Shown here: one piece after another, positions 10,347 to 19,854 of the stretch
How positions within the stretch are numbered: the first letter of the stretch is position 1
Layout of the letters: each line of letters begins with the position of its first letter
NCBI GenBank assembly: GCA_964385285.1
Contig: CAYLOJ010000004.1
Span: forward strand, 7,736-71,735
Direction: 5' to 3'
Source: an uncultured Gammaproteobacteria bacterium
GTDB lineage: Bacteria; Patescibacteriota; Patescibacteriia; UBA9570
Length of the DNA: 64,000 nucleotides
Notes under the pieces: generated by a model
Told to the model about the DNA's origin: nothing
Seen by the model: only the letters and a program-made list of their open reading frames with translations
Database searches by the model: none
Program-made: the position numbers and the translations under genes

Positions 10347-11660
10347 TTATGGAATTTGAATTGTAGATTTACGCTCTGCACCAACGGACACAAGACTAAT
10401 TGGAGTTTCCACTTGGTCTTCAATGAATTTCATATATTCTTTCATGCGACTCGGTAATGCCTTGTAACCATTGTTCACAATAGTGACAAAATCTGCATCC
10501 GTCAGATTTTTCCAACCCGATATCTCTTTGTAAACTGGCTTGCAGTGGCGACTGAGTTCTAGGTCGGCTGGTAATTCAGTAATATAGGAATTTTTGTACT
10601 TATATTTCACAGCCACCGGAATTTTTTTCAAACCACCAAGCACATCAATTTTCGTCATGGCCATACTTGTTAACCCATTGATGCGTGAAGAGTAGCGTAG
10701 TTGCACTAAATCTACCCAACCACAACGCCGTGGACGACCAGTAGTGGTGCCATATTCTTGACCACGTTCCCGCAGATAATCTCCCATTGGGCCTTTAGCC
10801 TCAGTAGGAACAGGGCCGGAACCAACACGTGATAAATATGCTTTGACCACACCAATAATCTCATCAATTTTGGTAGGACCAATACCCACACCTGGGCAAA
10901 CTGCTCCAGCGATGGTATTCGATGAGGTGGTATGTGGGTAGGCACCATGATCGTTATCTAACAAAGTACCTTGGGCACCTTCAAACAAAATACTTTTACC
11001 AGCTTTCAACGCCTGATTCACCTCTAGTGATACATCACCAATATAGGGCTTCATGCGTTGGCCATATTTGTAATAGGTGTTGAAGATCGCTTCCTTATTT
11101 AGGGTAATTTTTTGTCGATAGAGTTTCTGTAAAGTATTTTTCTTCAATTCATACAGCTGATCAAATTTCTCCTTGAAGATTTTCTTGTTCAATAAATCTA
11201 CGATGCGAATACCAAAACGTTCTGCCTTATCAGCATAGGCTGGTCCAATTCCGCGACGTGTGGTGCCGGCACCGAGCGTACCCTTGTACTCATCAATCAT
11301 CCCGTCCATTAAAATATGGAATGGAAAGATTACGTGAGCGCGTTCTGAGATTAATAAGTTCAGTTTTTGACCCTTAGTTTCAAAATTATCAAGCTCTGAT
11401 AATAATACCTCGGGATCGATGACCATGCCGTTCCCCATCACAATCCGCTTCTTTGGATACAAAACGCCAGAGGGCAAAAGATGCAATTTGTGTACAACAC
11501 CATCCACCACAACCGTATGACCTGCGTTATTTCCACCTTGAAAACGCACCACGTAATCCACTGTGGGTGCTAAGTAGTCGATAATTTTACCTTTACCCTC
11601 GTCACCCCATTGGGCGCCGACGATCATGATGGCTTTGGCTTTGGGAACGCGTTTGGACAT
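10347..11660 (-). CDS. purA: Adenylosuccinate synthetase
   Basis: GAQWGDEGKGKIIDYL P-loop and GIGPAYADK motif. The start is chosen at MSKRVPKAK. Confidence 0.9.
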   Translation of the reverse strand: MSKRVPKAKAIMIVGAQWGDEGKGKIIDYLAPTVDYVVRFQGGNNAGHTVVVDGVVHKLHLLPSGVLYPKKRIVMGNGMVIDPEVLLSELDNFETKGQKLNLLISERAHVIFPFHILMDGMIDEYKGTLGAGTTRRGIGPAYADKAERFGIRIVDLLNKKIFKEKFDQLYELKKNTLQKLYRQKITLNKEAIFNTYYKYGQRMKPYIGDVSLEVNQALKAGKSILFEGAQGTLLDNDHGAYPHTTSSNTIAGAVCPGVGIGPTKIDEIIGVVKAYLSRVGSGPVPTEAKGPMGDYLRERGQEYGTTTGRPRRCGWVDLVQLRYSSRINGLTSMAMTKIDVLGGLKKIPVAVKYKYKNSYITELPADLELSRHCKPVYKEISGWKNLTDADFVTIVNNGYKALPSRMKEYMKFIEDQVETPISLVSVGAERKSTIQIP

Positions 11661-11698
11661 AATATTCTTAGAGACGCACAGCAATGCGCCTTTACAAG

Positions 11699-12550
11699 TT
11701 ATTCTTTAGATTTTTTAAGCGCACATTTGACCGTGTTTTCAATCAATTTAGCGACGGTCAAGCGGCCAACCCCACCTGGTGGGGGAGTGACTATACTACC
11801 CTGTTTAGATACAGAAGTAAAATCAATATCGCCATACATTTTGTTATCCACGAAAGAAACTCCTGCATCTACAACCACAGCTCCTCGCTTGATCATTTTA
11901 CCAGTCAGTACACCATGTACACCTACACCTGTAATCACGACATCAGCAGTTTTTGTGTAAGCCGATAGCTGCTTCGTGGAACGATTTAAAATGGAGACTG
12001 TTGCCTCTTCATGCATTAACATGTTGGCTAATGGGCGCCCCACTAAACTACCTGCTCCAATTAATACTACATTAGCTCCTTTTAAAGTGACTTGATGATA
12101 ACGCAAAATTTCAAGAATCGCACCTGGTGTTGGCGGTTCAATCCAATAACTGCCAGTCACTAATTTACCTAAATTGGTTTGAGTTAAACAATCCACATCG
12201 ATACTCGGTGCAATACTCTCTAAGACTTTACCTGTATTCACTTGCTTTGGTAGTGGTAATTGCACAATCAAACCGGTCAAACCGTGTTTGGGTTGTTGTA
12301 ACTGCTCTAACTCCGTAATGAGATCTTTGGTACTAATTCGGCTTGGTAGGTGCACCAACACAAAATCAACGCCACAGGCAGCGGCGGCCTCACCTTTCTT
12401 ACGCACATAGGTTTGCGAAGGCTTATGATTGCCTACCAGAACTACTCCTAGCTTTGGGGTAAATCCACCTTTGACTAAGGCTGGCACCTGTTTTTTGAGG
12501 CGCTTATAGATGCTACTGGCGATAGTGTGTCCGCTAACAATGGTGGTCAT
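11699..12550 (-). CDS. folD: Bifunctional methylenetetrahydrofolate dehydrogenase/cyclohydrolase
   Basis: GVVLVGNHKPSQTYVRKK...GRSLVGRPLANML...TPPPGGVG are FolD signatures. Confidence 0.85.
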   Translation of the reverse strand: MTTIVSGHTIASSIYKRLKKQVPALVKGGFTPKLGVVLVGNHKPSQTYVRKKGEAAAACGVDFVLVHLPSRISTKDLITELEQLQQPKHGLTGLIVQLPLPKQVNTGKVLESIAPSIDVDCLTQTNLGKLVTGSYWIEPPTPGAILEILRYHQVTLKGANVVLIGAGSLVGRPLANMLMHEEATVSILNRSTKQLSAYTKTADVVITGVGVHGVLTGKMIKRGAVVVDAGVSFVDNKMYGDIDFTSVSKQGSIVTPPPGGVGRLTVAKLIENTVKCALKKSKE

Positions 12551-12577
12551 AACTAGATATGATCGGTAATTTGGGCA

Positions 12578-12602
12578 TAAAAAAATCCCCGGTTTCGGGG
12601 AT
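12578..12602 (-). terminator. Rho-independent terminator ending the island transcript before folD
   Basis: Stem atccccg/cggggat with loop gttt at 12585-12602. It is preceded on the + strand by an A7 run, which is a T-run after the stem on the minus strand. Confidence 0.55.
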
Positions 12603-12745
12603 GAATATCCTCATTTATATATATCACGCTCCAGGAGCACCGTCAAGCAGGCTCGTCAGGCTTAAATGGGGATTCAATGCTGGATAGCAATTCTTCAAAT
12701 TTGATAGGTATATTCCGTAAAAGTATATTTGTATAATTGTGCGGG

Positions 12746-14158
12746 TCAGCTTGTATGATTATGCTCATAAACCTGATTCTGCAAATAGAGGCAATTCCAT
12801 AAATTAAAACTTAAGAACTTACAAAACTCATTAATAAACATCTTGTCTTCGATCGTATAATTCTTGTGATTAATGCGGTCACTTAAGCAGAGCAAAGAGA
12901 TTAATTGATTATTATAGATGATGGGAAATATATTTTGGCAATGAAAATGATTTTTGACAGTTTGACTGACAAAGAAATTACTTTTCTGAAACTCCATGAA
13001 CCATCCTTCATCTTCTGCTATCTTGGAACGATTATGTGGGTAAACAGACTGAAAACTTCCGATATGTTTGTTATAGGTATAAATTGCTATGAATTCGACA
13101 GGCATTCTAGTCATGAAATGATCAACTGCTAAACGTACAAAAGCGTCTAGAGTGGGTATAGAATCAAGAATTTTCTGCTCATCAGCAGTAAGTTCATATA
13201 AATCAACTTGGGTTTGTGGAATGAAATAATGCACAACAATTTCTGCACATTTTTTAATAGGCCAAAATAAAATCAACATCACTGAGGAAAGTATTAATAA
13301 TATCAAGAAATAATTAGTAAATTGTGATACTAGAAGAAAATACAATATGATCACTATAATGATCTCTACCAGGAAACATAGGCAAATCAACAAGGCAAAT
13401 CTTCGAATATGATAGCGAATGCTGAAAATGCGATAACGTAATATAGCATAGGCAATAACGGCAGAAATAATACTTACACAAATTCCGCTTACAACTTGGG
13501 GTATGGATACAGCCAAAACTTCACTATGCGAATAACCTGCCCAAAATGTTTTTGCAATCAAAGGAATAACGACGTTTGCAGAAACAGCAATGAGGGTATT
13601 TAAACCGAAAGCAAATACTAATAGCTTGGCCTGCTCCTTTTTACGACCTATCGAGCGCATATACCCAAATGCCAACAGGATTATTAGAAGTGTTAATTGA
13701 AATAGTACTGCCGTGTACAATGGAATAGTGAAGCGAGCATTAGCTAGATAGAATAAGCTTGATTCTGAATCATAAATTTTTTCACCAACAATAAACTCTG
13801 GTATGTATGACATAACTACAAAAAAGGTCGTAATGATCAGTGTAATCCTTATGTGAAACGCTTTAAGATATTGCCTATCAAAAAAAATCCACAACAGCCA
13901 CAAAGTAGTAAACATGCCAGCAACCCCAAAGGCAAATGTTGATGCATTAAAGAAAAAATTAAATAGTGCGCCACGCTGTATAAAGAACGAAATGTACATG
14001 ACAATTTCCCATCCAATACTAAAAAACAGATTCACTAAATATATCTTTACTACTGGTGAGTGTAGATGGCGACTATTATTATAAAACCAAACCCCGACTG
14101 CTAGATCAAAGGCTACGCTGGCTAAAAATGTATATTGCATTAATGAGACCAATTCCAT
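12746..14158 (-). CDS. Polytopic membrane protein (~9 predicted TM helices) with a ~170-aa C-terminal cytoplasmic domain (possibly GAF-like/sensor). AT-rich.
   Basis: Repeated hydrophobic 20-aa segments across the first ~300 aa. AAGGAAG SD 7 nt upstream. GC clearly lower than its neighbours. Confidence 0.6.
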   Translation of the reverse strand: MELVSLMQYTFLASVAFDLAVGVWFYNNSRHLHSPVVKIYLVNLFFSIGWEIVMYISFFIQRGALFNFFFNASTFAFGVAGMFTTLWLLWIFFDRQYLKAFHIRITLIITTFFVVMSYIPEFIVGEKIYDSESSLFYLANARFTIPLYTAVLFQLTLLIILLAFGYMRSIGRKKEQAKLLVFAFGLNTLIAVSANVVIPLIAKTFWAGYSHSEVLAVSIPQVVSGICVSIISAVIAYAILRYRIFSIRYHIRRFALLICLCFLVEIIIVIILYFLLVSQFTNYFLILLILSSVMLILFWPIKKCAEIVVHYFIPQTQVDLYELTADEQKILDSIPTLDAFVRLAVDHFMTRMPVEFIAIYTYNKHIGSFQSVYPHNRSKIAEDEGWFMEFQKSNFFVSQTVKNHFHCQNIFPIIYNNQLISLLCLSDRINHKNYTIEDKMFINEFCKFLSFNLWNCLYLQNQVYEHNHTS

Positions 14159-14276
14159 CCTACTTCCTTACCATAATCTCAGTATCCCAGCAAGTAATTA
14201 CATATTCTGGCAAATTCTGATCTTGCCAAAATAAATAAGCCACTGTGGCGGCCTATTTATTGGACTTAAAACTAAG

Positions 14277-14507
14277 TTATTGCACTTCCACCTGAGTATC
14301 AACCGTTTTTTCGGTGATCTCTACCGTGGTCTCTGAAACAGCGTTGATGATTGTCTCATCTTGAACAATACCTTGGTAATCAGCACTATCTGATAGTGAT
14401 TGTATGGGTGACCCATCCATCAACATGATGATATTGACCAATAGCGCAACCGATAATCCCGCCACAACTACCGCGATCACAGTCAGGGTAGTCAGCGAAC
14501 GTTTAAC
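14277..14507 (-). CDS. Small single-pass membrane protein (start chosen at MVKRSL)
   Basis: N-terminal hydrophobic helix LTTLTVIAVVVAGLSVALLVNIIMLM followed by an acidic tail. Confidence 0.35.
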   Translation of the reverse strand, partial: VKRSLTTLTVIAVVVAGLSVALLVNIIMLMDGSPIQSLSDSADYQGIVQDETIINAVSETTVEITEKTVDTQVEVQ

Positions 14508-14514
14508 CATAAAA

Positions 14515-15480
14515 TTAGTGAGCAATTGTCGTTACAGTATTCGTACCAGTACAGACACCTTCTACACCGCTGGTTGGAATAGCAATATTCCAGAAGAGCG
14601 ATTTGGTTAGAGGTGCGCCATCATTGGTGCGATAACCAATGTTGATATCCGTATCAGCCGGTGTGCCTGATAACGCAACCGCAGAACCATCCGAGTAACC
14701 TACATCTGTTAGCACCCATTTTTGATTTGCTACCGGAATAGCCCCTGCCACAGTGCACCCCATCGGACCTGCTGACGATACTTCAACATCAGCCTCATCA
14801 TTACCATATTGCTGTAAATCCATCTGAACATTATTAGCATTGGTGGTTGTTTGCCCTAAGGACAAAGAGCCGTATGGGATTGTACCAGGGATGGATAAAG
14901 CCAACCGCGTTTCCACTTCTTTATGTAATGAGTTGTTGGTGGCATTGGCTGCATCATTATCTGTAACTTTGACACTGACTACCCAATCTTCAGCGGACGC
15001 GACCCCTCCTGTCGATGTCGAATCTGTGTAGAATTGCAAAGCAACTGGGCAGTTATAATCTACTTGATCACCCGTTGAACCGTTCACAGTAGTACAGGAG
15101 ACAGCATAACAACCGTTGTTATCCGGAGTACAGCCTGCAGTGAGTGATGAACGATATAACACTGCTGCTACTGAGGTAATATCTGTTCGGCCATTCAGAT
15201 CTTCAGCAGTTCCAGTAATCTTATACATAGCGGTGCCACCAGCAATGAGTGATAAGGTACCACCCGCTCCACCTGTATTATCACTTTGTGTATAATCTGC
15301 ACCGGTCGTCACAAACACATCCACAATGCTTGGAACAGCATTCGCAATTGTGGCTGAAGTACTCGAACTATCGGCCTGAGAATTTAAGATCACAATCGCA
15401 GCGACCATCGAAACGCCAATAACGACTAGCGCTGCTCCTAATATCCAATGTGTAAAACTAATTGATTTTTTTTCTGCCAT
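14515..15480 (-). CDS. Secreted/surface protein, family A (Thr/Ser/Gly-rich, conserved CxxDNNxCY motif)
   Basis: N-terminal signal-anchor MAEKKSISFTHWILGAALVVIGV. It shares CTPDNNGCY, W..VKVTD.DA and a C-terminal SGVEGVC block with the 18538..19854 protein. Confidence 0.55.
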   Translation of the reverse strand: MAEKKSISFTHWILGAALVVIGVSMVAAIVILNSQADSSSTSATIANAVPSIVDVFVTTGADYTQSDNTGGAGGTLSLIAGGTAMYKITGTAEDLNGRTDITSVAAVLYRSSLTAGCTPDNNGCYAVSCTTVNGSTGDQVDYNCPVALQFYTDSTSTGGVASAEDWVVSVKVTDNDAANATNNSLHKEVETRLALSIPGTIPYGSLSLGQTTTNANNVQMDLQQYGNDEADVEVSSAGPMGCTVAGAIPVANQKWVLTDVGYSDGSAVALSGTPADTDINIGYRTNDGAPLTKSLFWNIAIPTSGVEGVCTGTNTVTTIAH

Positions 15481-15487
15481 ATCTTTC

Positions 15488-16744
15488 TTAATTAGTAATT
15501 GTATTAGAAGATAATTTTCGTTTTTTACGTACAACCATCATCACGATTATGATGGCAATCACACTGACAATGACAATGGCGATGATCGAGATCATGAGCG
15601 GTGTTAAAAATGTATCCGGCTTAAGTACTGTAAATGTCGTTGAAACTGCTTCCGTTTTTTTATTCGCATATTCGACGGACAGTTCAATTCGGTAATTTCC
15701 GGCTTCCGCAAATTGAAAAAAGTGGGAAAAGGTGGTCGTCTCGCCAGCATCCACAACTAATTCTTCACCGCGCAGATAATCGACTAAAGAATCATCCTTA
15801 TAAATATCTGCCAACAAAATACCTGTAATACGTGTGTCACCGGTATTTTCAAATTCCACATCTACCTTGATATTCTCATTCAGCTGATACTCTGCTTTAT
15901 TAGCTTTGACACTGACTACCTGACCAGTCTGAGCCAAGGTATTAGCAGGAAATACATCAAACGGTTGTGAGGTTAATGTCGCGACGGCTTGATCTTTATA
16001 GATAAAGGTAGCCACAGCGATGTATGAACCCTGAGCTAATTCGACCGGAGCAATAAAGGATAATTGATCATTGGTACCAGGTTCAGAATATTCAAGCGTA
16101 TCACCTGCAATTTCTGCAACGAATGTTTTGGCAGAATCTTGTCGATCCGTAAACACTAATTTAATTTGATCAGGACGCCAAGAAACATTGCCATCATTAT
16201 TAATGGTATATTCCATTAATAACTGATCATCTTCTTCAATCGACGCCGCAGACAGATCGGTCACCTGATAGGAGACAATTTCCGAACCACCAATGCCAAA
16301 TTTTACGACCGCAGCTGCTCCCTCCACCACTCGAGAGACTGCAGATGTTTGAGCATCCGTGGCCTCTGTCTCTGCATTCACCGGCGTTTCTGTAAACACA
16401 AAAATCGCCTCATAGTCACCGTTGGCAGCCTGCGCGGAGTTGATTTTAAATGTATAACTATAGTGCGACTCCCCTGCTGGAATCACAAATCCCTCTGGCG
16501 CTTCAACGGCATTCTCATATGGAGTGCGAACGCTGACGGTATAGGCAACATCTTCATTTAGCTGGGATGCTTCTTTGGAGACATCAATCGTCTTAGTTTG
16601 GCTCGAACCACGTAATACGCTGTCGATCTGGACTAATGGAGGAGAGATTCCAATTGCTGCCGCAGAGTGTGCACTCAATACACTTGCACCTAATACAAGA
16701 CTGCAACAAAGCAGTAATGAACGTAAAATCTTTTGATGACTCAT
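15488..16744 (-). CDS. Type I membrane surface protein, family B (signal peptide, mature N-terminus GISP, C-terminal TM anchor plus KKRK tail)
   Basis: Signal peptide MSHQKILRSLLLCCSLVLGASVLSAHSAAA. C-terminal MISIIAIVIVSVIAIIIVMMVVRKKRK. Beta-rich repetitive body. Confidence 0.6.
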   Translation of the reverse strand: MSHQKILRSLLLCCSLVLGASVLSAHSAAAIGISPPLVQIDSVLRGSSQTKTIDVSKEASQLNEDVAYTVSVRTPYENAVEAPEGFVIPAGESHYSYTFKINSAQAANGDYEAIFVFTETPVNAETEATDAQTSAVSRVVEGAAAVVKFGIGGSEIVSYQVTDLSAASIEEDDQLLMEYTINNDGNVSWRPDQIKLVFTDRQDSAKTFVAEIAGDTLEYSEPGTNDQLSFIAPVELAQGSYIAVATFIYKDQAVATLTSQPFDVFPANTLAQTGQVVSVKANKAEYQLNENIKVDVEFENTGDTRITGILLADIYKDDSLVDYLRGEELVVDAGETTTFSHFFQFAEAGNYRIELSVEYANKKTEAVSTTFTVLKPDTFLTPLMISIIAIVIVSVIAIIIVMMVVRKKRKLSSNTITN

Positions 16745-16810
16745 GAATGAAATTTTAGCGCAGTATAAACTTCAAAAAATTATACTATAAACAAGTGGAT
16801 TGGTCAACCA

Positions 16811-17176
16811 TTAATTGCGTAATAATGCAGTGATTATAAGGATCGCGATCACCACACTTAAGATGACAAACTTGAGCTTGAATTTATCTACTTTGCTGGA
16901 ATGCGTGCTGTAGGATACTTCGTAGGAACCATCCGGATTCCTGTGATAGAGTTTCTCAAAACTCTCCCCTTTATCATACAGCAACATCGCAGCCATCTGT
17001 TTTGGATTTTCAGTGATGATAAAACCATATATAATACTAGCAACCACAAAGCCAATCAAAAATCCCCAAAATAATTCATACTGAACCAGAGAAGTAAAAA
17101 ACAAATCAAGGCTTCTCTCTGAGGCTTGAATGGCAAATACTGCATTATCCATAGCCAGAATCATATCATGTTTCAT
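16811..17176 (-). CDS. Small two-TM membrane protein (uncertain; its start region collides with the signal peptidase start)
   Basis: ORF track. It has two hydrophobic helices. Confidence 0.3.
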   Translation of the reverse strand: MKHDMILAMDNAVFAIQASERSLDLFFTSLVQYELFWGFLIGFVVASIIYGFIITENPKQMAAMLLYDKGESFEKLYHRNPDGSYEVSYSTHSSKVDKFKLKFVILSVVIAILIITALLRN

Positions 17177-17698
17177 AACCTTTACCTATATCTTAAACGC
17201 GTCCTCCAAATTGGTGCGGCCATCGCAATTGCTGTCATTGTGACACGCAATGTATTTATCGATGTTGGCAAGGTAAATGGTAAATCGATGGAGCATACAT
17301 ATCTGGATCAAACCCTATTTCTTGTGAATCGCATTGGTCTACTCGTGCATGAACCACGGCGCGGCGATGTGGTGCAATTTTTTGATCCACATCCACAAAC
17401 CAAAGAATTACTGATCAAGCGTGTCATTGGTTTGCCGGGTGAACGGGTAAAAATTTCACAAAATGTTGTCTCTATTCTTAGTGCAGACGGAACAGAAGTT
17501 CTACTAGACGAACCGTATTTAGATACTGATACGACTACACAGACTGCCTCACATGATACCGTTATTTTTCCAGTCATCCCTGAACACAGTTTCTTTTTGC
17601 TCGGTGATAATCGAGATGAGAGTGTAGATTCACGCTATTTTGGCGTAATCCATCGATCACTGATTACCGGCAGTCTAATTCCGCTGCCGCAACTGTAA
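17168..17698 (+). CDS. lepB: Type I signal peptidase (LepB-like, catalytic Ser/Lys intact)
   Basis: Box B VNGKSMEHTY (Ser), box D LIKRVIGLPGE (Lys), box E GDNRDESVDSRYFG. N-terminal TM. The start is chosen at MFHNL; the ORF is open from 17126. Confidence 0.75.
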   Translation: MFHNLYLYLKRVLQIGAAIAIAVIVTRNVFIDVGKVNGKSMEHTYLDQTLFLVNRIGLLVHEPRRGDVVQFFDPHPQTKELLIKRVIGLPGERVKISQNVVSILSADGTEVLLDEPYLDTDTTTQTASHDTVIFPVIPEHSFFLLGDNRDESVDSRYFGVIHRSLITGSLIPLPQL

Positions 17699-18535
17699 AT
17701 ACGCGATAAACGCCACTAATAGAATACTTACCACACACAACAGGGTGATGACCCAGGTTTGATTATAAACCATCCATTCGGTTGTCTCCGTGTGACCATT
17801 GAGTTGAATCTCTGCTTGATACCAGGCGATTGTTTTGATCGTTGGCGTCGCTAGTGGAATGCTAAGTCTATTGGCGCCAGGTGCAATCACACTACTCGCA
17901 ACACTATCTGTGGTAGTAATCGTGCGACCATTACGTTTGATGATGACACGATACGGAAGATACTGTATGCCCGATGAATGTGACGAATCGATCTCCACAG
18001 TTTGCTCGACCGCAGCAGCATCAGACTGCACGTATGCAACTGGTAGATGTACCAGGTCGAGATCGGAATAATTGTCTCCCTGCACAGCAGTTTCGTTCGG
18101 AATAGTTAGGGCTGTGTCATGGGTGATCTGTACTGTACTGAGATGAGTAATACCAAATTGCACACTACTGCCTTGATCCGCCTGCACATCTTGTTCTTGT
18201 ACAAACTGTACTTGTATTGGGTATGTACCTACTGGGGAATCGATCGATGTATGGATAGTATAGGTAAACAGATACTCCTGCTCTACTGTAAACTCTGTCT
18301 GTTCAGCATCAATTGTGCAATGGCAATTTTCCGGCACATTAATATGCGTACTATATTGTACGGGTTCAATATTTGTTTGATTGAGCGTAACCGCTTGTGT
18401 AATAGAATCACCAGGTAATACATAGTGTTCAACAACGGAAGGCGCCAGACTCACAATGTCTGCAGCAACCGGTTGAACATTGAAGCAAACCAGCGCCACT
18501 CCTAACCCAACTGCGAGCTGTATTAACTTCTTCAT
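17675..18535 (-). CDS. Type I membrane surface protein, family B (signal peptide plus C-terminal TM anchor plus RQRN tail)
   Basis: Signal peptide MKKLIQLAVGLGVALVCFNVQPVAA and C-terminal VITLLCVVSILLVAFIAYLQLRQRN. Same architecture as 15488..16744 and 21252..22172. Confidence 0.6.
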   Translation of the reverse strand: MKKLIQLAVGLGVALVCFNVQPVAADIVSLAPSVVEHYVLPGDSITQAVTLNQTNIEPVQYSTHINVPENCHCTIDAEQTEFTVEQEYLFTYTIHTSIDSPVGTYPIQVQFVQEQDVQADQGSSVQFGITHLSTVQITHDTALTIPNETAVQGDNYSDLDLVHLPVAYVQSDAAAVEQTVEIDSSHSSGIQYLPYRVIIKRNGRTITTTDSVASSVIAPGANRLSIPLATPTIKTIAWYQAEIQLNGHTETTEWMVYNQTWVITLLCVVSILLVAFIAYLQLRQRN

Positions 18536-18537
18536 AC

Positions 18538-19854
18538 TTAGTCGAGTACGGCAATGTAATAAATGGTGTTGCTACAACTGCCTTCAATCCCAGAATTGGG
18601 TACACGCAATTTTAAATAGGTATCTTTAATGGCCGCAAAGACCTCGCTTGTTCTGGCTACTAATGCCAAATTTACATTCGTATCCGTGTTTGAGAGTGCT
18701 TGGTCCCCTACGCCATAGGTGAATCCATTCGTAAAGGATAGGTGAATATTACTGGTGGGTATGGTTCCACGTGTACAACTAATATCGCCACTGGCGGATT
18801 GAGTCGCATCAATATTACGATTACCCGTGTTCGTAAATGCGAGCGTCTGTTGAGGTGAATCAACGCCGAGCGTTAATGTGCCGTAATTCACAGAAGCACC
18901 GACATCTAAGGCTAACAAACTATTCATTTCAAACGCATCGCTAGAATTTGCAGTGGCCGTAGCATCATCAGTCACTTTGACAAAGTTAGTCCAATTCGTA
19001 GACGCACCTGGAGAACCGGCGTCCGTCGCATCGGCATAATATTGAATCGGAATGACTGCTTCATAATCAATCGTAGTATCAGCACCACCTGAACAATTAC
19101 TGAGTGTAAAGGCAACAGTATTGGTATCCAACTGATAACAATTATTATTATCGGCACTGCAACTTGTACCGCCCGCAACATCACTTTTATATGCCGTGAC
19201 TGCCCATTGCGTTTTTGCGTCAATCTGCGAACAGCCATCGGCATCGGTCGCTGTTCCTCTAATATATAAATTGGTAGTTGAACCATCCGTTAAATTGAAA
19301 GATCCTTGATCACTACCGCCACTCGTTGTCGTTGTGATTACAGAATCCACGGATGGTGTGGCATTCCCACTGCTGCTGGCCGTGGCGCAAATTTTATTCG
19401 TGTAGGCAGCGGCGTCTCCGATATGCGCATTTGTGGTGACCGCAGACATGGAAGCAATGGTTGTATCATACCCTGCACAATTGGTTGCTTGATAACCAAC
19501 TGAAACCGTACCGCTACTTACGGATAAGCAGGCATTATTTGCGTAATTCATTTGTGTTTTCTGCTCGACATGGGCATTCGTGACGTCCGACAATTTTGCA
19601 ATCGTATCATAGGTACCAGAACAAGATGTGCCTAATCCTGCTACACCAGAACAACAGACCAATTGACTGTAATTGGCTTGACTAGCTAATTCAGCATGCG
19701 CATTACTAGTACCTGCCATGCGCAATACTACTGTACCACTAGGGCAACTTGTACCTACTGTGCAAGATAACGTGCCGGCTAGTGCAACCGGTGCGATGCC
19801 GCAGACTGCAATAAGAACCATGCCAACAACAAGAGATCGGTATTTACCAGGCAT
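18538..19854 (-). CDS. Secreted/surface protein, family A (Cys-rich N-terminal extension with three [ST][ST]NAH repeats)
   Basis: Signal peptide MPGKYRSLVVGMVLIAVCGIAPVALA. CSADNNNCY, NWTNFVKVTDDATATAN and a C-terminal SGIEGSC block are homologous to 14515..15480. Confidence 0.55.
   Translation of the reverse strand: MPGKYRSLVVGMVLIAVCGIAPVALAGTLSCTVGTSCPSGTVVLRMAGTSNAHAELASQANYSQLVCCSGVAGLGTSCSGTYDTIAKLSDVTNAHVEQKTQMNYANNACLSVSSGTVSVGYQATNCAGYDTTIASMSAVTTNAHIGDAAAYTNKICATASSSGNATPSVDSVITTTTSGGSDQGSFNLTDGSTTNLYIRGTATDADGCSQIDAKTQWAVTAYKSDVAGGTSCSADNNNCYQLDTNTVAFTLSNCSGGADTTIDYEAVIPIQYYADATDAGSPGASTNWTNFVKVTDDATATANSSDAFEMNSLLALDVGASVNYGTLTLGVDSPQQTLAFTNTGNRNIDATQSASGDISCTRGTIPTSNIHLSFTNGFTYGVGDQALSNTDTNVNLALVARTSEVFAAIKDTYLKLRVPNSGIEGSCSNTIYYIAVLD

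Noticed and set aside
14189-14270. AT-rich imperfect palindrome aataaata...tatttatt between the small TM ORF and the polytopic membrane gene
   Set aside because: Weak 8-bp AT stem with a 17-nt loop and no T-run. It cannot be distinguished from chance in AT-rich DNA.
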